Of a DNA stretch of 32,672 nucleotides, positions 27,310 through 32,672 are shown piece by piece (the stretch's first letter is position 1; each line of letters begins with the position of its first letter). The DNA is from an uncultured archaeon (GTDB taxonomy: Archaea; Asgardarchaeota; Lokiarchaeia; Sigyniarchaeales; SOKP01): NCBI GenBank assembly GCA_964493715.1, contig CAZBPC010000031.1, forward strand, positions 1 to 32,672, in the 5' to 3' direction. A program made the position numbers and the translations under genes. Below the pieces are notes generated by a model, which had not been told where the DNA came from, ran no database searches, and worked only from the letters and a program-made list of their open reading frames with translations.

Positions 27310-28500
27310 ATGAAATTAGGAAAATCTAGTCTTCATGATATCGCAAAAATCTATCCAGATTCTGTAAAGCGTAAAAGAATTTCAAGTTATGACAGAAGTG
27401 GTGGAAATCATGATTGGATTGATATTGAACCCGGAGAACTCATAGTATTGGGTGAACACCAAACAGCTGGTTGTATAAAACACTTATGGTGTACAATGAG
27501 ATGCAAAAGCAAATATTACTTACGAAATATTATAATCAGATTGTATTGGGATGGTGAATTAGAAGATAGCCCTAGTGTAGAAGTTCCTATAGGTGATTTT
27601 TTTGGTCTTGGGCATGCGAAACGAGAAGTTTTTGTTTCTTCACCTTTTCAAATGACTCCACGAGGAGGACGAGGATTTAATTGTTGGTGGCCAATGCCAT
27701 TCTCTGAAAATTTCAAAATTACATTAGAAAATGACAACCCAGATCCTCTTACCTTTTATTACTACATAGATTATGATGTTTATGAAGATGGACTTGAGAA
27801 TTCTCAATCTTTTGGGAGATTTCATTCTCAATGGAGAAGAGAAAATCCTACAATTCCTAAACTTATTGATAAGGAGACTGGAAAAAAATTCAAGAAAACT
27901 AGACCTATAACCTTCAATTACACTGGAGGGAAAAATACAGAACCTTTAAAGGAGAATTATCGGATATTAGAAGCGAAAGGAAAAGGGCATTATGTAGGTT
28001 GTCATTTAGACATTGATAATATCACATTCTTGCCGTTTATTAACTGGCCTGGGGAAGGTGACGATATGATATTTATTGATGAGGATATAGATAAAGAGGT
28101 ACCTACTCTCCATGGAACAGGTACCGAAGATTATGTAAATCAAGCATACGGTCAAAGCAAGAAACATGTTGCTCCATATCACGGTACTATTAAACCTGGT
28201 GGCTTTAATTTCTTTGGACAAATTTCCTACTATAGATATCATGTGGAAGATCCCATGTATTTTAATAAAAAAATTATAGTTACCATTGAACATGGTCATG
28301 ATAATCATCGTAGTGATGATTGGTCAAGCACAGCCTACTGGTATCAATTAGAGCCTCATTCTCAAAATTTATTTCCCAAATTATTAGATAGAAATGGGAG
28401 GAAACCAAGAAAACATGTTGCTCATTTTTTTAGAAAATCTCTTTGTTTTGTAGTTTTAGCAATAATTATTATTTCCTTAGTTACTTGCATAATTCCTTAA
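27310..28500 (+). CDS. DUF2961 / glycoside hydrolase family 172 protein with C-terminal hydrophobic anchor
   Basis: SSYDRSGGNHD, PSVEVPIGDFFG, WPMPF, GEGDDMIFID, GTGTEDY, IEHGHDN, AYWYQ. Confidence 0.9.
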   Translation: MKLGKSSLHDIAKIYPDSVKRKRISSYDRSGGNHDWIDIEPGELIVLGEHQTAGCIKHLWCTMRCKSKYYLRNIIIRLYWDGELEDSPSVEVPIGDFFGLGHAKREVFVSSPFQMTPRGGRGFNCWWPMPFSENFKITLENDNPDPLTFYYYIDYDVYEDGLENSQSFGRFHSQWRRENPTIPKLIDKETGKKFKKTRPITFNYTGGKNTEPLKENYRILEAKGKGHYVGCHLDIDNITFLPFINWPGEGDDMIFIDEDIDKEVPTLHGTGTEDYVNQAYGQSKKHVAPYHGTIKPGGFNFFGQISYYRYHVEDPMYFNKKIIVTIEHGHDNHRSDDWSSTAYWYQLEPHSQNLFPKLLDRNGRKPRKHVAHFFRKSLCFVVLAIIIISLVTCIIP

Positions 28501-28552
28501 CTCTTCATTCTTTATTCTAAAAAGATTTATTCTGCTCTTAATTTTTTTTTTT

Positions 28553-29563
28553 ATGGTTGATTTAGTTGATATTATAACAGTTACAATCGGCATAATTTTA
28601 GCCTTGATCACTACAATTTGCTTTAACTTGGCATTCGTGTATCAAAAAAAAGGATTGAATCAAGCAACTCTTAATGGTGTGGAAATTAAATTTGAAGGTG
28701 GGATAAAAACAATACTAAAAACATTTTTGTGGTTAGTAAAAAACAAATCATGGGCATTTGGTTTCTTTTTAGGTGTGATTGGTTGGTTTCCGTATATAAT
28801 TTCAATTGGAATGATTGGAATTATTGTTACTGAGCCAGTAATGGCAACCGGTTTCATAGTTTTTGTAATATCAGCTATTGTTATCTTAAAGGAAAGGGTG
28901 GGTGCTTTAGAGTATACAGCTATAGCCTTTCTTACTATATCACCGGTAGTAATAGCTTTTTCCGGAATTTCCGATGTTAACATCGATTTATACGGGTTTG
29001 TTCCTTCATTTATCACTTTCTTACTCATAGTAATACCAATTAGTATTATATCTTTATTTATCGCTAAGAAAAGAAAAGGAACTGGTGCTGAAGGTCTTTT
29101 TACGATGTTTGGTGGAGCATTATTATTTGCTCTTGGAGGTGTAGCTACAAACATTCTTGCTCAAGCGTTAATTCAAACAGGAGAAGGATTTCAATGGTAT
29201 ACACTTTTTGAATTACCATTTGGTATCTTTTGGTTCATCTTTGGGGGAAGTTATGCTCATTTATGGGTTTTTCTTGGATTTTGGTTAATGTCTATTTTTA
29301 ATATTTCAAGTATACCGTTCTATCAAGGTGGATTTCAAAGAGGTAAACTTCTCATTATGTATCCGATTCTGGATACAATTGCTCTACTCCTCCCAATAAC
29401 AGCTGGTATATTTGTTTTTAGACAAACATTTACAAATTATCCATTATTCTTTATTGCTTTAGTTTTTGTTGTATTTGCAACTTTAATTTTAGCTAAATAT
29501 CAATTAGCTATTGAAAATATAGAAACTGAAGGATCATTTAAACAAGAAGGAAAAGGTAAATAA
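28553..29563 (+). CDS. DMT superfamily membrane transporter (EamA/NIPA-like)
   Basis: About 9-10 TM segments; YQKKG and ILKERVG motifs typical of DMT folds. Confidence 0.72.
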   Translation: MVDLVDIITVTIGIILALITTICFNLAFVYQKKGLNQATLNGVEIKFEGGIKTILKTFLWLVKNKSWAFGFFLGVIGWFPYIISIGMIGIIVTEPVMATGFIVFVISAIVILKERVGALEYTAIAFLTISPVVIAFSGISDVNIDLYGFVPSFITFLLIVIPISIISLFIAKKRKGTGAEGLFTMFGGALLFALGGVATNILAQALIQTGEGFQWYTLFELPFGIFWFIFGGSYAHLWVFLGFWLMSIFNISSIPFYQGGFQRGKLLIMYPILDTIALLLPITAGIFVFRQTFTNYPLFFIALVFVVFATLILAKYQLAIENIETEGSFKQEGKGK

Positions 29564-29564
29564 T

Positions 29565-29957
29565 TTAATTATTTTTTGTATCTAATATATTTTTTATATA
29601 ATCTAAAAGATTTTTTCCAGAAATTGTTTTTGGTAAATACCCATCTGCCCCAAGTTCCTTAGCTTTTTGGATATCTATTTGAAAATTTTTCACACTAAAT
29701 AAAACAATGAGTATATCATTATATTTCTTGTTTGCTTTTATTTTCTTTAACACATCAAAACCACTAATTTGCGGCATCATTATATCAAGAAGAACAAGGA
29801 TGATCTCAGTATAGTGCTCTTCCATGATTTGAAGGGCTTCCTTTCCGTTATTTGCTGAAATGATATTGTAATTCTCTAATTCCAAGAATTGTTTTGTCAA
29901 TAGGGTAATATCTTTTTCATCATCCACGATTAATATAAATCCTTTATTTTGACTCAT
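29565..29957 (-). CDS. Stand-alone response regulator receiver protein
   Basis: ILIVDDE, LLDIMMPQISG, GADGYLPK. Confidence 0.93.
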   Translation of the reverse strand: MSQNKGFILIVDDEKDITLLTKQFLELENYNIISANNGKEALQIMEEHYTEIILVLLDIMMPQISGFDVLKKIKANKKYNDILIVLFSVKNFQIDIQKAKELGADGYLPKTISGKNLLDYIKNILDTKNN

Positions 29958-30334
29958 TTCATATGACCTAATATTTGCTTCACATAATCTAAGAGATCAT
30001 TACCTGAAAACGGTTTTGTAATATATCCATCAGCTCCAAGCATTTTACCCTGTTCAATATCCTCTCGAAAGCTTTTGACAGTGAAGAGAACTACTTTTAT
30101 ATGCTCATATTCTTTTTTTGCCTTGATAGTTTCCAACACTTCCGTACCACTAACCCCCGGCATCATCACGTCCAGAAGCACGAGGTCAATGTCTGAAAAT
30201 TTGTCTTCCAATCTTTTTAGGGCTTCTTTTCCATTATTACAAGTAATAGTGTTAAACTGACCTATTTGTAAAAATTTTTCAGTGAGCGAAACAATATCAG
30301 GTTCATCATCTACAATTAAAATTGTCTCATTCAA
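29954..30334 (-). CDS. Stand-alone response regulator receiver protein
   Basis: ILIVDDE, LLDVMMPGVSG, GADGYITKPF; ATGA overlap with the downstream paralog. Confidence 0.94.
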   Translation of the reverse strand: MNETILIVDDEPDIVSLTEKFLQIGQFNTITCNNGKEALKRLEDKFSDIDLVLLDVMMPGVSGTEVLETIKAKKEYEHIKVVLFTVKSFREDIEQGKMLGADGYITKPFSGNDLLDYVKQILGHMK

Positions 30335-30503
30335 TATTCATCCCCTTCTCATAATATACCATCTTTCTATATAGCTTTTGATTAATAGACATAATATTTT
30401 ATTTATTGAGTAAATCTATAAAAAATGGATAATTATATTCTATCATAATTATATTCATTTACTTATTTATATAATTATCAGATTTTCATCTATTTGAGTA
30501 TCA

Positions 30504-31163
30504 ATGTCAAGAAAAACATCATATCCAAGATTTCCGGATTCATATATTGGCTCTATGTCAAGTGATTATGATGATTCAATATGGATGGAAAGAAATCAAA
30601 AAAAGACTACTTCAATATGCATCCAATATTTATATGATAAGAAACTAAATGATATCGATCTTGGAAATTCGAAGGTTGAGGAAAATTCACTCTTGCTAGA
30701 CTTAGGTTGTGGAACGGGATTTTCCTCAGAAATATTATCAAATCATGGATTTAGAGTGGTTGGAGTTGATATTTTAAAAGACATGTTATTTAAAACTGTT
30801 GAAAAAAAACGTTTATACCCAGAATATAGAAAAATTCAGTTTATCTTAGCAGATATAAATTCTCTTCCTTTAAGAGAAATGACATTTGACCATATTATGT
30901 CAGTTTCAGCATATAATTTCATTACTTATGGTCTGTTGGATAATCAAGAAAAAGAAAAAAGAATAAATAGCACAGCTCGATATTTACATAAAATCCTTAA
31001 ACCTCTCGGAAGAATTATCATTGAATTTTATCCTTTAGACAAACAAGAACTAAACTCCTTTATTTCTTCCTTTATTAATAATCGTTTTAAGGGATTCCTA
31101 ATAAAGAAACATGAAAAACAAAAGTCGGGTCAAACTTACATTTTACTTAGTAAACCAAAATAA
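30504..31163 (+). CDS. Class I SAM-dependent methyltransferase, Bud23/WBSCR22-like
   Basis: LLDLGCGTGFS motif I, VGVDI, FDHIMSVSA, GRIIIEFYP, and an N-terminal Y...M..NQ helix as in Bud23. Confidence 0.8.
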   Translation: MSRKTSYPRFPDSYIGSMSSDYDDSIWMERNQKKTTSICIQYLYDKKLNDIDLGNSKVEENSLLLDLGCGTGFSSEILSNHGFRVVGVDILKDMLFKTVEKKRLYPEYRKIQFILADINSLPLREMTFDHIMSVSAYNFITYGLLDNQEKEKRINSTARYLHKILKPLGRIIIEFYPLDKQELNSFISSFINNRFKGFLIKKHEKQKSGQTYILLSKPK

Positions 31164-31269
31164 CGGGTTATTCTTTTTCTTGTTCAATTTAATAAAGTTT
31201 TTTTACTATTAGAGATTAAAATTAATCATACAAGTTAAGTTCAAATTGAAATAATAGGTATTATAAACA

Positions 31270-31575
31270 TTGCAAAAAGCAAGAATTAGGCTCAGCTCCG
31301 TTAAATTAGAAGCTGTATCTTCTGTATGCGATCAAATAGAAAGCGTTTGTGCGTCACAAGGAATCAAGAAAATGGGACCAATTCCACTCCCCACTAAGCA
31401 TTTAAGAGTCCCTGTAATGAAAAACGTGAGTGGGCAAGGCACAAATAAAGTAGCCAAATTTGAGATGCGAATTCATAAAAGACTGATTGATATAGTAGCA
31501 AATGAGAGAAGCATGCACTTAATCATGAAAATACAAATTCCTGAAACTGTTCTTGTTGAAATTGAATTACAATAA
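31270..31575 (+). CDS. rpsJ: 30S ribosomal protein uS10, archaeal type
   Basis: QKARIRL, GPIPLPTK, EMRIHKRLIDI; TTG start. Confidence 0.95.
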   Translation: MQKARIRLSSVKLEAVSSVCDQIESVCASQGIKKMGPIPLPTKHLRVPVMKNVSGQGTNKVAKFEMRIHKRLIDIVANERSMHLIMKIQIPETVLVEIELQ

Positions 31576-31709
31576 TTATTTTACCTTCTTATTCTAACCG
31601 TTTTCGTTGAAAAACGAGAATTTAAGTGAAAAAAAATCCGATTCAAAAGAATTAAGATTAATATAAAATTACATTATATTGAATTTTAAGCAGATTTTAG
31701 TGAATATTA

Positions 31710-32537
31710 ATGGAAATAACAACCAATTTTTTAAAACAGCTAGCTATCAATGTTTATGATAAAATATATCCTCTTTTAGGTACTGAGGAAGGTGGAGTTA
31801 AAATTTCGAGGGGAGCTGGTGGAGATATCTCCATGAATATAGATTTGGTTGCTGAGGAATATTTAATCCAAATTTTGGAAGACCAAGAGTTAGATATTCT
31901 TTTGATTAGCGAAGAAATAGGTGAAAAATATATTGGTGATAAAAAGGAAGCCCTTCTTAACGATCATATATTGATAGTTGATCCTGTTGACGGTTCCAAT
32001 AATGCTTCGAGAGGAATTCCCTATTGTTCAATTTCTATTGCTTATGCAAATGGAAAATCCATAAAAGATATTGTTAAAGCAGTAGTTCTTGATCTAAACT
32101 CAAAAGATATATATTGGGCAGAAAAAGGTAAAGGTGCTTTTATAAATGAAAAACCGATTCACGTTTCTCAGCGAGATTTCTTAGATGATTGTGTTTTCGA
32201 GATTAATCTTGCTACTAAAAGTCTTTTCAAATATTTTGAGAAGCTTCGATCGTTATTTAAAAAAAATTATAAAGTAAGAGTATTAGGCAGTAGCGCATTA
32301 ACATTATGTCAAATTGCCAAAGGTAGCATAGATGCTTTTATAAATTTACGGGAAAAAAATCGACTAGTGGATGTAGCAGCGGGAAAACTAATATTAGAAG
32401 AAGCGGGAGGTGAAATTTTTTCACTTACTGGAAATAAAATTGAAGGAGATTTGTCAATTTTTTTGAAATTTCCTTTCATTGCTTCAAATAAAAAGCTGGT
32501 TTCCTTCCTAAAGAAAGAATTATGCTCAAAAATATAA
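31710..32537 (+). CDS. suhB: Inositol monophosphatase / fructose-1,6-bisphosphatase (SuhB family)
   Basis: GAGGD..IDLVAE, ISEE, DPVDGSNN, RVLGSSAL, DVAAG. Confidence 0.92.
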   Translation: MEITTNFLKQLAINVYDKIYPLLGTEEGGVKISRGAGGDISMNIDLVAEEYLIQILEDQELDILLISEEIGEKYIGDKKEALLNDHILIVDPVDGSNNASRGIPYCSISIAYANGKSIKDIVKAVVLDLNSKDIYWAEKGKGAFINEKPIHVSQRDFLDDCVFEINLATKSLFKYFEKLRSLFKKNYKVRVLGSSALTLCQIAKGSIDAFINLREKNRLVDVAAGKLILEEAGGEIFSLTGNKIEGDLSIFLKFPFIASNKKLVSFLKKELCSKI

Positions 32538-32546
32538 ATTATAATA

Positions 32547-32672
32547 TTAATCAGGAACATTGATAGGATATGTACCATATTTTCTTCTGATATTTTGCAT
32601 CGCTTCAAATCTATCAATTGTAACTGCTGGATTTATGCTATGACCTGAACCAAAGATATATCCTCCACCTGG
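32547..32672 (-). CDS. C-terminus of a uroporphyrinogen decarboxylase/MtaA-CmuA family protein (partial)
   Basis: Manual translation ...PGGGYIFGSGHSINPAVTIDRFEAMQNIRRKYGTYPINVPD*. The GGGYI.G..H motif is characteristic of the family. Confidence 0.8.
   Translation of the reverse strand, partial: PGGGYIFGSGHSINPAVTIDRFEAMQNIRRKYGTYPINVPD

Noticed and set aside
1156-30260. Short antisense or overlapping ORFs in the track (e.g. 1156-1380, 3213-3458, 8894-9148, 18396-18743, 25773-26117, 28660-29154)
   Set aside because: Shadow frames inside well-supported genes, with no motifs of their own
32309-32617. 102-aa minus-strand ORF from the track
   Set aside because: Overlaps suhB antisense and is out of frame with the real URO-D-family C-terminus ending at 32547

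Overview
AT-rich, gene-dense archaeal DNA, most likely from an Asgard archaeon (Lokiarchaeia-like). This is inferred from the archaeal uS10 and IMPase/FBPase, GGTG/GGAGG Shine-Dalgarno motifs, and several proteins that resemble eukaryotic signature proteins. Most of the window is housekeeping and metabolism: Gln-dependent NAD synthetase (partial), a heterodimeric ABC exporter, a tandem GNAT, glutamine synthetase, a GH20 hexosaminidase, an Lrp regulator, oligoendopeptidase F, a fused GMP synthase, two divergent glutamate dehydrogenases, an ion-transporter permease, a nucleotide-sugar dehydrogenase, a rhomboid protease, a DUF2961/GH172 protein, a DMT transporter, two stand-alone receiver proteins, uS10, a SuhB-like phosphatase and a partial URO-D family gene. 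The most notable items are: (1) a 48-codon ORF missed by the ORF track (24697-24843) with an in-frame TGA in a C-T-G-U-G (CxxU) motif and structured flanks, a candidate new small selenoprotein; (2) a co-directional longin-like / SRPBCC-like / NOT4-type C4C4 RING trio; (3) a Bud23/WBSCR22-like methyltransferase next to a divergent uS10 and suhB; (4) a small islet with a nucleotidyltransferase toxin-antitoxin-like pair, a small wHTH gene and a long GC-rich intergenic hairpin. No tRNA, rRNA, CRISPR array, integrase or transposase was recognised. All homology calls come from recalled motifs, not database searches.
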